Shown: positions 9,353 to 19,834 of the stretch, in pieces | Numbering within the stretch: position 1 is the stretch's first letter | Layout: each line of letters begins with the position of its first letter | DNA from: Deltaproteobacteria bacterium | GTDB lineage: Bacteria; Desulfobacterota; Desulfobacteria; Desulfobacterales; B30-G6 | NCBI GenBank assembly: GCA_022340465.1 | Contig: JAJDNW010000085.1 | Span: 10,134-74,133, forward strand | Reading direction: 5' to 3' | Length of the DNA stretch: 64,000 bases | Position numbers and translations under genes: made by a program | Notes under the pieces: model-generated | What the model was told of the DNA's origin: nothing | Seen by the model: only the letters and a program-made list of their open reading frames with translations | Databases searched by the model: none

Positions 9353-9979
9353 TTACTCGACCACGAAGTGTGCGCGGCGGTTCTTGGCCCAGGCTTCCGG
9401 ATTGTGACCCGGATCGACCGGGCGCTCTTCGCCGTAGCTGATCGTCGTCAGACGCGTGGCGTCGATCCCCATGTCGACCAGGAATGCCTTGGCGCTCTCC
9501 GCCCGCCTGTCCCCCAGGGCGATATTGTAGGCTTCGGTGCCCCTTTCATCGCAGTGACCTTCGATAATGATCGACATGTCGACATTCTCGAAAAGCCAGT
9601 CCGCTTTGCGTTTGAGCACTTCCTGTGCCATGGACTGCAGGGCGGAACTGTCGAAATCGAAATAGATGTCTTCGTTTTCAAACATCTGTTTCGCCGCGGC
9701 CATATCCTGCTCCATCTCCATTTCCTTGGCAGCAGCTTCGGCCTCGCGCTGTTCTTCCAAATCTTCTTCGGCTGCCATTTCCCACTGCCTGGCGGCTTCT
9801 TCCTGGGCGGCTTGTTCTTCGGCCATCCGGGCTGCGGTATCCACTTCGGGCTCTGCGGCTTCAACTGCCTCTTCCGTGGACGGCTCCGCCTGGGTAACCT
9901 TCTTGGCGCAGGAAACCGTAAACATCAAGCCTGGAACCACCATCAGCAGTGCAAGCAATATCCATCTATTTTTCCGCAT
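9353..9979 (-). CDS. pal: Peptidoglycan-associated lipoprotein Pal (OmpA family)
   Basis: Lipobox FTVSC; OmpA-like C-domain [36 protein letters not shown]. Confidence 0.93.
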   Translation of the reverse strand: MRKNRWILLALLMVVPGLMFTVSCAKKVTQAEPSTEEAVEAAEPEVDTAARMAEEQAAQEEAARQWEMAAEEDLEEQREAEAAAKEMEMEQDMAAAKQMFENEDIYFDFDSSALQSMAQEVLKRKADWLFENVDMSIIIEGHCDERGTEAYNIALGDRRAESAKAFLVDMGIDATRLTTISYGEERPVDPGHNPEAWAKNRRAHFVVE

Positions 9980-10013
9980 TTTTCCCTCCTTTTCTAACTT
10001 CCTATTGAAAAAT

Positions 10014-11351
10014 TCACTGATTGGTTATGTTTGGAGACCATTTCGGACTCGTCTGTGCCCCCGGCAAGGAAATCAGGCGTCTCTGATCCGTCCCGAAAGC
10101 CGTCATAATATAAACTTTGGAGATCCCCTCCCGATTCGAGGAAAAAGCGATCAAGCTGCCGTCCGGTGACCAGCACGGTGCCTCATTGTCCCCCTGCCCT
10201 TCCGTCAACCGGCGCAACCCTTTGCCGTCGACGCCGATGGTGTAAATGTCGATAGACCCCGGCACCATTGCCGAAAAGGCTATCCGGTCTCCCTTGGGGG
10301 ACCAGTTGGGCTGGGTGTTGTATCTCCCCTCGTAGGTCAACCGCCTGACCCGCCCCGACCCCATGTTCTTTACGTAAACCTGGGGAGTTCCGGATCGCTT
10401 GGAGACAAAGGCCATTTCGCTGCCGTCCGGTGACCAGGTTGGCTCTACGTCTATGCCCCTGCTTTGAGTCAACCTTTTAATAATTTTCCCCCTTCCGGTC
10501 AACAGATAAATTTCCTGGTCGCCCGAAAAAGAAAGGGTTGCCGCAAGTTCGAATTTTCCAGGCACCCAGGCAGGCGTTATCTGTATCCCCTTTTTGCTGA
10601 CGATTGTTACGTATTTTTCCTTTATATTCCGTATATATAGATCCGGCCCGCCTCCTGCGTAAGACGTGTAGGCCATCCACTTTCCATCCGAAGACCAGGC
10701 TGGAAACAGCGAAATGTCGTTGTTGTTCGTAAACTGCCGGGGGTTGTATCCGTCGAATTCCGCAATGTAGATCTCCTTTTTGCCGTTGCTGGCACTTACG
10801 AAAGCGATCCGGCTGTCGAAAACGCCCCGGTTTCCGGTCAGGTTGAGCATCACTTCACTGCAGAACCGGTTGATCATCTGGCGTTGATTGCCCCTGTTGC
10901 CTTTGTAGCGTTTTCCGATGATCATCTTTTCCTGAAAGGTGTCGAAAAGTCTCAGCTCCAGCTCGATGCTTTCCCCCTCGGAAGCGACGCCGCCGGTAAT
11001 CAAAAGCTCCGAACCGATGGCTGTCCAGTTGTGGAATTTGATGCGGCTGGCCACGATGTTGGGGTTCTCCGGGTCCGCCAGGAACGCCCCCCGGTCAAGC
11101 ATCTCGAAATACCCTGTAAACGCGAGCGTGTCCGCTACACGGTCACTGAGTTCAACGGCAAGGGTCCCGGCGGCCTGGTTACCCGACAAATTCTTGAAGC
11201 GGGGAACAGCCGTGGGTATTTTTCGCAGAAACGGGTTGCTGATGTCGATATATTCGTACTCTTCGGCGCCGGCCGCCGGATTCAACATCAGCAGCCCGGC
11301 CAGGCAAACGATGGCCACGAGTCTAACCAAATAAAAACGATTCATAGGCAT
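10014..11351 (-). CDS. tolB: Tol-Pal system beta-propeller protein TolB
   Basis: 445 aa; TolB N-domain followed by repeated PxWSPDG propeller blades ([48 protein letters not shown]). Confidence 0.95.
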   Translation of the reverse strand: MPMNRFYLVRLVAIVCLAGLLMLNPAAGAEEYEYIDISNPFLRKIPTAVPRFKNLSGNQAAGTLAVELSDRVADTLAFTGYFEMLDRGAFLADPENPNIVASRIKFHNWTAIGSELLITGGVASEGESIELELRLFDTFQEKMIIGKRYKGNRGNQRQMINRFCSEVMLNLTGNRGVFDSRIAFVSASNGKKEIYIAEFDGYNPRQFTNNNDISLFPAWSSDGKWMAYTSYAGGGPDLYIRNIKEKYVTIVSKKGIQITPAWVPGKFELAATLSFSGDQEIYLLTGRGKIIKRLTQSRGIDVEPTWSPDGSEMAFVSKRSGTPQVYVKNMGSGRVRRLTYEGRYNTQPNWSPKGDRIAFSAMVPGSIDIYTIGVDGKGLRRLTEGQGDNEAPCWSPDGSLIAFSSNREGISKVYIMTAFGTDQRRLISLPGAQTSPKWSPNITNQ

Positions 11352-11355
11352 TCAG

Positions 11356-12282
11356 CTACTTGATTCCCTCCGGTGTAAACCGCAGCCCCATCTGCACATA
11401 AGGCCTTATTATTCCCGGAGGATGCGGATCAACGGGGTTGGATTTCATGATCGCCCGATAGGCGGATTCGTCAAAATTGTTGTTGCCGGACCGGTCGGTA
11501 AAAAACACGTCGCGAATTTCACCGTTGGGCATGACCTTGAACACCAGCATGGTCTGCAGGTCGTTTCTTCCTTCGGCCAGCTGGTCGGGAAAGGCCCAAT
11601 TTTTTTGGATCTCGTAAGCAATTTCGACCCTGTATATATCGATCAGTTCGCCGACCCGTTCCCCCCCCCCTTCGGTTCCCTGCCCGGTGGCGGCACCGGT
11701 CTGTTCGGGCGACGTTTCTTCGGTTTGAGGGCGCCTTTCGTGCTCCTGTTCTTCGACCTTGGCCTTTATCCGGTCCAGGGCGGACGTGATGCGCTCGGAC
11801 GACTCCTTTTCGACCTTTTTCTCTATATCCTCAAGGACGTTTTTCTTGACCTTGGAAGGCTTGAACGTCTTTTTCTTCAGTGAAATTTTCGCTTTGCCGG
11901 AAGTCGACACGACGGGCTTTTTCTTCACCGGCTTGGCGGCAACCGCAACCGCTTTCTTGCGGGTCTCCTTTTTTTTGGATGCTTTCTCTTTAGGAGCCGT
12001 ATCCTTTTTCACGGCGGCAGAGGCCGGATGCACGGTTTTTGCAACCGGGCTCGCCACCAGGCTGACGCTGATCGCCGACATCCTCGCCGGTCTTTTGGGC
12101 TGGTATTTCTGGGTAGCCATCAGCCCGCCGAAAACAGCCAGGTGACAGATGCACGAAATGACGAACGCCCAGGTGACAAACCGCCTTTCACCGGCCATCT
12201 CCGTGATCAGGAGGCTCCTCGGCGCCCCTGTATCGCTGTTGGCATTCGGCCCTTTACTTCTTCTCATCCCTGGTATCGTCAT
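11356..12282 (-). CDS. tolA: TolA-like protein (TonB-family C-terminal domain)
   Basis: N-terminal TM, Lys/Ala/Pro/Glu-rich linker, TonB_C-like end. Call supported by its position between tolR and tolB. Start uncertain (12282, 12267 or 12198). Confidence 0.7.
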   Translation of the reverse strand: MTIPGMRRSKGPNANSDTGAPRSLLITEMAGERRFVTWAFVISCICHLAVFGGLMATQKYQPKRPARMSAISVSLVASPVAKTVHPASAAVKKDTAPKEKASKKKETRKKAVAVAAKPVKKKPVVSTSGKAKISLKKKTFKPSKVKKNVLEDIEKKVEKESSERITSALDRIKAKVEEQEHERRPQTEETSPEQTGAATGQGTEGGGERVGELIDIYRVEIAYEIQKNWAFPDQLAEGRNDLQTMLVFKVMPNGEIRDVFFTDRSGNNNFDESAYRAIMKSNPVDPHPPGIIRPYVQMGLRFTPEGIK

Positions 12283-12679
12283 CCGGCACGGTGATCATGC
12301 CCAATTTTTCAACCCCTGCCCCCTTGATCTCCGACATCACGTAAACAACCGTGCCGTAGGATATGGTCTTATCGGCCTTCAGATAGACGTCCCGGTCGGT
12401 TCTGCCCTTCAGGATCTTTACCAGCTTCTCGTTTAAGTTATCCGCGTCAACCTTGAAATCGTTGATATAAACCTGATTGTTTTTGTCGATTGAGACAATG
12501 AGTTGTTCCGTTTCCGTGGCGATCGGCTTGGCGGTTGCCTCGGGCAAAGCGACCTCCACTCCCTGAATCATCATGGGCGCCGTCACCATGAAGATGATCA
12601 ATAGGACCAGCATGACGTCAACCATGGGCGTCACGTTGATCTCCGACATCAGACGGTCGTCATTTCCTCCGATTGCCAT
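12254..12679 (-). CDS. tolR: Tol-Pal system protein TolR (ExbD family)
   Basis: MSEINVTPMVDVMLVLLIIFMV motif. I prefer the ATG at 12679, preceded by AAGGAGGAGATTGG; this start overlaps the tolQ stop by 20 nt. Confidence 0.9.
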   Translation of the reverse strand: MAIGGNDDRLMSEINVTPMVDVMLVLLIIFMVTAPMMIQGVEVALPEATAKPIATETEQLIVSIDKNNQVYINDFKVDADNLNEKLVKILKGRTDRDVYLKADKTISYGTVVYVMSEIKGAGVEKLGMITVPDDDTRDEKK

Positions 12680-13400
12680 CCAATCTCCTCCTTTCAACCA
12701 TCATGATGTCCCGTTCGACTATATTCAGAAAGTCCGCCGAAAAACTGTGCAGCTCCGATTCCAGGGTCTTTATCTTCTGCATGAAATAGTTGAAGGCGAT
12801 AACCGCCGGAATGGCCACCGCCAGACCGGCTGCCGTGGCCACCAGCGCCTCCGAGATACCGGGTGCGACAACGGCCAAGCTTGCGGATCCCCGGGCGCCG
12901 ATGCCATGAAAGGAGTTCATGATGCCCCAAACCGTGCCGAACAGTCCGATAAAAGGGGTCGTATTGCCCGTTGTCGCCAGAAAAGGCACCATCTGTGTCA
13001 TGCGGGTGGTTTCCGTATTGATCGCCCGGCGCAGGGCGCGTTTGATATTGTCAAGGCCCGCAAACCGACCGACCATGGTGTTCTGGCCTTCGGCCTGCCC
13101 TCCCCCGACCGCCATACCGGAGCGGCTGATTTTTCTCAATTCCACGTATCCGATGCGGAATATCCTGGCAATGGGGCTGCCCTGCAGTTCCTTGGCCTCT
13201 TTATAGGCATTGGACAGGTCCCTGCTCTTCCAGAAAAGATCGGTAAAAAGGGCCGATTCATGATAGGCCCGCTTGATATACCGGAATTTTATGACGATGA
13301 TGGCCCACGATGTAACCGAAAAAAACAGCAGTAGAAGAAGCACAAACTGAACCATCAACCCTGCATTGCTGATCATGTTGACTAAATTAATCTGCTGCAT
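12660..13400 (-). CDS. tolQ: Tol-Pal system protein TolQ (MotA/TolQ/ExbB proton channel)
   Basis: 246 aa, 3 TM, conserved LATTGNTTPFIGLFGTVWGIM and GISEALVATAAGL. Confidence 0.93.
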   Translation of the reverse strand: MQQINLVNMISNAGLMVQFVLLLLLFFSVTSWAIIVIKFRYIKRAYHESALFTDLFWKSRDLSNAYKEAKELQGSPIARIFRIGYVELRKISRSGMAVGGGQAEGQNTMVGRFAGLDNIKRALRRAINTETTRMTQMVPFLATTGNTTPFIGLFGTVWGIMNSFHGIGARGSASLAVVAPGISEALVATAAGLAVAIPAVIAFNYFMQKIKTLESELHSFSADFLNIVERDIMMVERRRLDGNRRK

Positions 13401-13595
13401 TATCTAATTGCTCCGATCCTGACAGGTCACCTAATTAGTGTTAATTAAAAATAATTATCATAAATCTAGAACTAATACAAACCCGACCATCATGTCAAGA
13501 CGTTTGGATTTCACATTAAACGAATTAACATAACTTTTACCTAATCCGGAGATCGAAACACCATAACCGTAAACCCTTCAAAAACAGGAGCGCGC

Positions 13596-14165
13596 ATGAA
13601 GTCCATCATCAACCTGCTTTTTACCGCCAGGCACCTCAAAGACACCCCCCGGACCGGATACAATTATCTGGGGGTGGGAAAAGAATCGGTTGCCGAACAC
13701 ACCTTTACCACAACCTTCATTGCCCACGTGATGTCCTGCCTGGAGCCGGAGGCGGACGCCCTGCGCCTGCTGCATCTCTGTATCGTCCACGACCTGCCGG
13801 AATCCAGAATCGGCGATCTCAACGCCGTACAGAAAAAACATGTCACGGCCGATGAGGACGGGGCCGCGCAGGCGATCGCCGAAGGCACGCCGTTGAGCCG
13901 GTCCCTGCCGGAAATGATCCGGGAATTCAACGAGGGCCGCTCTATGGAAGCCATGCTTGCCAGGGATGCCGATCAGATCTCGTTTCTGCTCGAGTTGAAG
14001 AATCTCGCCGACCTGGGATTCAGCCCCCCGGAGAAATGGATCCCCTATCTCGTGGACAGGCTGCAGACGGATACAGGCAGAAAGCTGGCCGCCGGCATCC
14101 TGCAAATTGAACGGGACGACTGGTGGTTGAAAAATTATATTGACACGGATAAGGGAACTGAATAG
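13596..14165 (+). CDS. HD domain phosphohydrolase (YfbR-like 5'-nucleotidase family)
   Basis: RTGYNYLGV..ESVAEHTF..HLCIVHDLPESRIGDL: H..HD..D metal-ligand pattern. Confidence 0.8.
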   Translation: MKSIINLLFTARHLKDTPRTGYNYLGVGKESVAEHTFTTTFIAHVMSCLEPEADALRLLHLCIVHDLPESRIGDLNAVQKKHVTADEDGAAQAIAEGTPLSRSLPEMIREFNEGRSMEAMLARDADQISFLLELKNLADLGFSPPEKWIPYLVDRLQTDTGRKLAAGILQIERDDWWLKNYIDTDKGTE

Positions 14166-14390
14166 TTAATTTAGTTTGGCGCAATTTTCATGTTCCATCA
14201 CTCGTATGGAAGCATGGAAAGATCCACCAAACAACATCCTAAGCTGAACGTTTCAAATTTTTTGTATTCATAAAATTTTTTACGCATTAGAAACATGCCT
14301 CAGCACGCATAGCGTTTAATTTCGCATGATTGGGAAAAGGAATGCCGATCTCTAAAGCGGCTGACTGTTTCTGGTGAAACGGAGGAACCT

Positions 14391-15032
14391 ATGCAATGGA
14401 TTGTTAACTTTTTCGGCTCATCCGTCGGCAAAAAATTGATGATGGCCCTGACAGGCTTCTGTTTCGTCGGGTTTCTGACCGGCCACCTGGTGGGCAACCT
14501 GACGCTCTACGGGGGCCGGGATGCCTTCAACGCGTATGCCGACCACCTGCATGCGCTGGGGCCGCTCATCAACCTGGTTGAACTGGTTCTTTTGACCATG
14601 GCCGTCGTTCATGTGCTCACGGGCCTGTTGCTTTACCTTCAAAACCTGAAGGCGAGGCCGGTACGGTACGTGGTGAACAAAAACGCCGGCGGGCGCACCA
14701 TCAGTTCCAGCCTGATGCCCTACACCGGTTTTATCATTTTGATGTTTCTCATCTTTCACCTGCTCCAGTTTCATTTTGTCGACAAAACCTACACCACCAT
14801 ATACGACATTGTATCCATGGCTTTTGCCAGCGTGCTGAATGTGTCGGCTTACATCGCCGCCATGGTCGTGGTCGCCCTGCATATCAAGCACGGGTTCTGG
14901 AGTCTTTTTCAAACGCTGGGTGCAAACCACCCCAAATACATGCCGATCATCATGGGTGCCAGCCTGGTGTTCAGCCTCATTTTCGGCATCGGTTTCGGAT
15001 TTCTCCCGGTTTACGTTTCTTTTTCGGGATAA
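14391..15032 (+). CDS. sdhC: Succinate dehydrogenase/fumarate reductase, cytochrome b subunit (single-subunit anchor)
   Basis: 213 aa, 5 predicted TM helices with conserved His (TGHLVGNL, AVVHVLTG, IFHLLQFH, ALHIKHG); immediately upstream of the flavoprotein gene. Confidence 0.85.
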   Translation: MQWIVNFFGSSVGKKLMMALTGFCFVGFLTGHLVGNLTLYGGRDAFNAYADHLHALGPLINLVELVLLTMAVVHVLTGLLLYLQNLKARPVRYVVNKNAGGRTISSSLMPYTGFIILMFLIFHLLQFHFVDKTYTTIYDIVSMAFASVLNVSAYIAAMVVVALHIKHGFWSLFQTLGANHPKYMPIIMGASLVFSLIFGIGFGFLPVYVSFSG

Positions 15033-15044
15033 GGAGGAAATTTC

Positions 15045-16958
15045 ATGCAGCTAAACGCCAACATCCCCGGGGGGCCGCTCACACAAAAATGGGACCGGCA
15101 TCGCTTCGAACTGAAACTCGTCAACCCGGCCAATAAAAGAAAGTTCACCATCATCGTCGTCGGCACAGGACTGGCGGGCGGTTCCGCCGCGGCATCCCTG
15201 TCCGAACTCGGTTACAAGGTCAAATCCTTCTGCATTCAGGACACACCGCGCAGGGCGCACAGCATCGCCGCCCAGGGCGGTATCAACGCCGCCAAAAATT
15301 ATCAGAACGAGGGGGACAGCATCTGGCGGCTTTTTTACGACACCGTCAAAGGCGGTGATTTCAGGTCAAGGGAGGCCAACGTATACCGTCTGGCCCAGAT
15401 CAGCAACGAAATCATCGACCAGTGCGTGGCCCAGGGCGTTCCCTTTGCGCGGGATTACGGCGGGCTATTGGCCAACCGCTCTTTCGGCGGCGCCCAGGTT
15501 TCCAGAACTTTTTATGCACGCGGGCAGACCGGGCAGCAGCTCCTCCTGGGCGCCTACAGCGCCCTCATGCGCCAGGTGGCCAAGGGGGGGGTGACCATGT
15601 TCCCGCGGCGGGAAATGCTGGACCTGGTCGTCATCGACGGTCAGGCCAGGGGCATCGTCGCCCGCAACCTGATCACCGGTGAAACCGAAAGACACACGGC
15701 CGACGCCGTCGTCCTCTGCACCGGCGGATACGGCAACGTGTTTTTCCTTTCCACCAATGCCATGGCCAGCAATGTCACCGCGGCTTACCGTGCCTACAAA
15801 AAAGGCGCCATGTTCGCCAACCCCTGTTACACCCAGATCCACCCCACGTGCATTCCGGTGCATGGAACCTACCAGTCCAAGCTGACCCTGATGAGCGAAA
15901 GCCTCAGGAACGACGGACGCGTCTGGGTTCCCAGCAAACCGGGCGACACCCGCCGGGCGGGAGATATCCCCGAAGAGGAAAGGGATTACTATCTCGAAAA
16001 CAAATATCCCAGCTTCGGCAACCTGGTGCCGCGAGACGTCGCTTCTCGAAATGCCAAGGAGCAGTGCGACAAAAACAAGGGGGTCGGCGACACCCGCCTG
16101 GCCGTCTACCTCGACTTCAAGGATGCCATCCAGCGCGACGGCCGGGATGTCATTGAAAAAAAATACGGCAATCTGTTTCAGATGTATGAAAAGATCACCG
16201 ACGAGAATCCCTACGAGACGCCGATGATGATCTACCCGGCCGTGCACTACACCATGGGCGGCCTGTGGGTGGACTACAATCTGATGTCCACCATCCCGGG
16301 CCTGTTCGTCCTGGGTGAAGCCAATTTTTCCGACCACGGGGCCAACCGCCTGGGCGCAAGCGCGCTCATGCAGGGGTTGGCCGACGGCTACTTCGTCATC
16401 CCATACACCATCGGCGGATACCTGGCCGGGACACCGCTCAAACCCGTGAACACCGATCATTTCGAGTTTAAAAACGCCGACCTGGCCGTCAAGGAGTCGA
16501 CACGCAAACTGCTCGACATCGGAGGCAGCCGGACCGTGGACGACTTTCATCGCGAACTGGGCATAATCCTGTGGAACCACTGCGGCATGGCCAGAAACAA
16601 CGACGGCTTGACCAAGGCCCGCGGCATGATCCAAAACCTCCGCAAGGAATTCTGGAAAAACGTGACCGTTCCCGGCTCCGGCATGGATTTCAATCAGAGT
16701 CTCGAACGTGCCGGCCGGGTGGCCGATTTTCTGGAATTTTCCGAATTGATGGTCCAGGATGCCCTCGAGCGCCAGGAATCGTGCGGCGGTCATTTCAACG
16801 AAGCGTATCAGACGGATGAAAACGAGGCCCTCCGTGACGATGAAAATTTCTGCCACGTTTCGGCCTGGGAATACCGGGGAGACGACGAGGATGCGGTGAT
16901 GCACAAGGAACCGCTTGTCTTTGAAAACGTCAAATTAACCCAAAGGAGCTACAAGTGA
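15045..16958 (+). CDS. sdhA: Succinate dehydrogenase/fumarate reductase flavoprotein subunit
   Basis: 637 aa; FAD fold [43 protein letters not shown]. Confidence 0.95.
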   Translation: MQLNANIPGGPLTQKWDRHRFELKLVNPANKRKFTIIVVGTGLAGGSAAASLSELGYKVKSFCIQDTPRRAHSIAAQGGINAAKNYQNEGDSIWRLFYDTVKGGDFRSREANVYRLAQISNEIIDQCVAQGVPFARDYGGLLANRSFGGAQVSRTFYARGQTGQQLLLGAYSALMRQVAKGGVTMFPRREMLDLVVIDGQARGIVARNLITGETERHTADAVVLCTGGYGNVFFLSTNAMASNVTAAYRAYKKGAMFANPCYTQIHPTCIPVHGTYQSKLTLMSESLRNDGRVWVPSKPGDTRRAGDIPEEERDYYLENKYPSFGNLVPRDVASRNAKEQCDKNKGVGDTRLAVYLDFKDAIQRDGRDVIEKKYGNLFQMYEKITDENPYETPMMIYPAVHYTMGGLWVDYNLMSTIPGLFVLGEANFSDHGANRLGASALMQGLADGYFVIPYTIGGYLAGTPLKPVNTDHFEFKNADLAVKESTRKLLDIGGSRTVDDFHRELGIILWNHCGMARNNDGLTKARGMIQNLRKEFWKNVTVPGSGMDFNQSLERAGRVADFLEFSELMVQDALERQESCGGHFNEAYQTDENEALRDDENFCHVSAWEYRGDDEDAVMHKEPLVFENVKLTQRSYK

Positions 16959-17719
16959 CGAAAACAATCAACCTCACGCTGAAGATATGGCGCCAGACGA
17001 GTCCGGAAAGCAAGGGCCGCCTGGAAACCTATGTTGCCAACAACATATCGACGGACATGTCGTTCCTTGAAATGCTCGATGTCGTCAACGAGCAGCTGAC
17101 CCTGGATGGGAAAGAACCCGTCGCCTTCGATTACGACTGCCGGGAAGGCATTTGCGGCCAGTGCGGCTGCGTGGTCAACGGACGCCCCCACGGGCCCGAA
17201 AGCGGAACCACGCTGTGCCAGCTCCACATGCGCCGCTTTGCGGACGGAGACACCCTTTTCATAGAGCCGTTTCGCGCCCGGGCCTTCAAAATCGTCAAAG
17301 ACCTGGTCATCGACCGCAGCCCCCTTGACAAGATCATTCAGGCCGGTGGGTACATATCCGCCAACACCGGGGGATCCCAGGACGCCAACACCATTCTCAT
17401 CTCCCAGGAAACCGCCGAAAGAGCCATGGATGCGGCGGCGTGCATCGGTTGCGGCGCCTGCGTGGCGGCCTGCCCCAATGCATCGGCCATGCTGTTCGTA
17501 AGCGCAAAAGTTTCTCATCTGGCGCTGCTGCCGCAGGGCCGCCCCGAAGCCGCCCAGCGTGTCCTTTCCATGCTCAGGGCCATGGACGACCTCTGTTTCG
17601 GCAACTGCTCCAATGAAAGGGAATGCGAAGCGGAATGCCCCAAGGAGATCTCCATCGTCAACATCGCACGTCTGAACCGGGAGTATCTGAAGGCCGGCAT
17701 CGCTTCGACCGTTATGTAA
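16955..17719 (+). CDS. sdhB: Succinate dehydrogenase/fumarate reductase iron-sulfur subunit
   Basis: Cys clusters [22 protein letters not shown] and CEAECP; ATGA-type overlap with sdhA. Confidence 0.95.
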   Translation: MTKTINLTLKIWRQTSPESKGRLETYVANNISTDMSFLEMLDVVNEQLTLDGKEPVAFDYDCREGICGQCGCVVNGRPHGPESGTTLCQLHMRRFADGDTLFIEPFRARAFKIVKDLVIDRSPLDKIIQAGGYISANTGGSQDANTILISQETAERAMDAAACIGCGACVAACPNASAMLFVSAKVSHLALLPQGRPEAAQRVLSMLRAMDDLCFGNCSNERECEAECPKEISIVNIARLNREYLKAGIASTVM

Positions 17720-17720
17720 C

Positions 17721-18812
17721 ATGGAAACCTGGCAGAACTTGCTCGACAACATCATCGGTGCCATGACCACGGCGGATGGCCGCCTTTCCGCCGCGGAGCA
17801 GGCCGTCGTGGCCGTCGCCGGGACCGTCCTCATCTGGTTTGCCATCAAGGTCCTGCTGGCCGTTGTCGCCAAAAAGGCCGGGCGGTTCGGTCTGTTCAAG
17901 GAAAACCGGCGGGTTTTCGAATCCATGCGCAAGGCGTTTCAGCGCCTGACGCTCCTCATCGCCGGGACCTACCTGATCAGGATCCTCGACCTGGCCTTTC
18001 TGGAAAGTGTTTTTCTGGCCCTGATGATCGTTCTGCTGGCGGGTCCCCTGACGACCTTTACCATTCTGCTGCTGCAGTACCTGGAAAAAAGGGTCGCCGA
18101 CCGCACCGAAAACAAGATCGACGACATCCTTTTCGACCTGCTCAACAAGTTCGCCGGTGCCATTATCTATGTGACCGCCGCTATTCTGGCCCTGGACACC
18201 CTGGGAATCAATGTCATGCCCTTTGTCGCCGGCGCGGGTGTCCTGGGGGTGGCCCTGGGGTTCGCGGCCAAAGACACCCTCTCCAATCTCATCGCAGGCG
18301 TCCTGCTGATCATCGACCGGCCTTTCGAAGTGGGCGACCGGATAGAGGTGTGGCGTGCACCGGCCGGAAGCGCTTCGTGGGGGGACGTGATCGACATCGG
18401 GCTCAGGGCCACGAAAATCCGCACCACCGACAACATCGTCATCATCATCCCCAACAACGAAATCATGACCAGGGACATCGTCAACTACACCATCATCAAC
18501 ACCAAAATACGCGTGAGGATCAATGTCGGCATCGCCTACGATGCCGATCTGACCCTGGCAAAAGACACCGTCCTGCAGGTGGCCGCCGAGATCGACTGGA
18601 TCGCCAAAGACCCCGCCCCCAAGGTGGTTGTGCGCAATTTCGGCGAATCCTCCGTGGAGCTGCAGCTGCGCGTCTGGATACCGGATGCCCGCCGACGGAT
18701 GGACACCATATCCGAAGTCACCGACAGGATAAAGACACGCTTCGACGAAAAGGGGATCGAGATTCCCTACCCCAAACGGGACATCACCATAAAAAAGGAG
18801 GGTGATCAATGA
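17721..18812 (+). CDS. Mechanosensitive ion channel, MscS family
   Basis: TM helices followed by the MscS beta-domain (LSNLIAGVLLIIDRPFEVGDRIEV..G.VIDIGLRATKIRTTDN..IIPNNEI). Confidence 0.9.
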   Translation: METWQNLLDNIIGAMTTADGRLSAAEQAVVAVAGTVLIWFAIKVLLAVVAKKAGRFGLFKENRRVFESMRKAFQRLTLLIAGTYLIRILDLAFLESVFLALMIVLLAGPLTTFTILLLQYLEKRVADRTENKIDDILFDLLNKFAGAIIYVTAAILALDTLGINVMPFVAGAGVLGVALGFAAKDTLSNLIAGVLLIIDRPFEVGDRIEVWRAPAGSASWGDVIDIGLRATKIRTTDNIVIIIPNNEIMTRDIVNYTIINTKIRVRINVGIAYDADLTLAKDTVLQVAAEIDWIAKDPAPKVVVRNFGESSVELQLRVWIPDARRRMDTISEVTDRIKTRFDEKGIEIPYPKRDITIKKEGDQ

Positions 18813-18846
18813 TACTCACCCTCCTTTTTTATGGTGATGTCCCGTT
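18775..18846. terminator. 31-bp perfect hairpin (bidirectional terminator candidate) overlapping the mscS 3' end
   Basis: 18775-18805 (AACGGGACATCACCATAAAAAAGGAGGGTGA) pairs perfectly with 18816-18846; 10-nt loop. Each arm contains an A6 or T6 run. Lies between convergent mscS and the CsgG-like gene. Confidence 0.6.
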
Positions 18847-18858
18847 AATGTGAAAAGG

Positions 18859-19818
18859 TTACTTTTTCAACTTTACGAGGTCGTTGACCTTGAAGCCGGT
18901 GCCGGACCGGACAGTGGCCACGGAGCCGTCTTTGCCGAAGAAGCCGGTTATCATCACTTCCCCCTTCACGTTTCCGGGGGCCCGGCCGAGGGACACCTTG
19001 GTCTGGGGGTCGATGATTTCATCCCCGAGTTCCTGAACCACAAGCATCTGGCCGACGGTCAGGCCCGTTTTCTGGCCGGCATTGAGGTACACCGTCCCGC
19101 CGGAGATCTTGGCGATTCGTCCGGTCCACTCCTGCCGCTCGAACTGGTCGAGCATATTGACCATGGCTTTGGTCAAGGCGTCCCGCAGGGCGCCGTCCCG
19201 CAGGTCGGCATCGTAAGATGACTTGGAGCCCAGCCCCAGAGCGCCGCCGGTTTTCTTTTCGTAAACCCCCTGGCCGGAATCGGCGGCGATCTGAATACCG
19301 GTGGTTGTGTCGACAATACGGTAGTCCACCGTCACGCGGGCAATCTGCTTCTTGGTCTTGTAGACCAGATAGTCGGAGCCCTCTTCGGCCTCGGAATAGG
19401 CGGAAACCGCACCGGTGACGATGGCATTCAGCCCCAGAATCCTGCCCATCTGCGCGGCCGAGGCCGGATCGATGGCGCCGGAAGCACCCAGGGCCTGCTG
19501 GTCCAGAACGGACTGCACGTCCTGCTGGGGAATGATGATGAAGCGTTCGGTTTTCTGCAAAATGGTCCCCAGAATATCGGCGGCCGCTTCGCCCACACCG
19601 ATATTTTTGGAGGGGGTCTTATTTTTGAAATTGACGACACCCACCCTCAGCTTGGGACCGGTGTATTCGCCGGAAGGCGCCAGCTGATCAGATACGCCCG
19701 TCAGGGAGGAATCGTCCTTAACCGCCCCCGATGTCTTGGGGGAGCAACCGCTGAAAAAGAAAACCGCCGCCGCCAGCAACAGAAAAAGCGCTGCTAAAGA
19801 TCTGCCCACTGCTCTCAT
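18859..19818 (-). CDS. CsgG-family outer-membrane lipoprotein with C-terminal beta-domain extension
   Basis: Lipobox FFFSGC. CsgG-like core (LRVGVVNFKNKT.., GLNAIVTGAVSAY, ARVTVDYRIVDTTTG). An extra ~90 aa follows (GRIAKISGGTVYLNAGQKTGLTVGQMLVV..KVNDLVKL). Confidence 0.8.
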   Translation of the reverse strand: MRAVGRSLAALFLLLAAAVFFFSGCSPKTSGAVKDDSSLTGVSDQLAPSGEYTGPKLRVGVVNFKNKTPSKNIGVGEAAADILGTILQKTERFIIIPQQDVQSVLDQQALGASGAIDPASAAQMGRILGLNAIVTGAVSAYSEAEEGSDYLVYKTKKQIARVTVDYRIVDTTTGIQIAADSGQGVYEKKTGGALGLGSKSSYDADLRDGALRDALTKAMVNMLDQFERQEWTGRIAKISGGTVYLNAGQKTGLTVGQMLVVQELGDEIIDPQTKVSLGRAPGNVKGEVMITGFFGKDGSVATVRSGTGFKVNDLVKLKK

Positions 19819-19834
19819 AATGTTCCTCCTTGAA

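Noticed and set aside
15465-16904. 479-aa minus-strand ORF
   Set aside because: Antisense shadow of sdhA. It has no motifs and a G/V/D/H-rich composition. The same reasoning applies to 16949-17932 (over sdhB and mscS).
17712-18809. 365-aa minus-strand ORF almost coextensive with mscS
   Set aside because: Shadow frame of the MscS gene. Its apparently clean start is created by the 31-bp terminal palindrome that mirrors the mscS 3' end. The sequence is a D/G/V-rich, low-information run.
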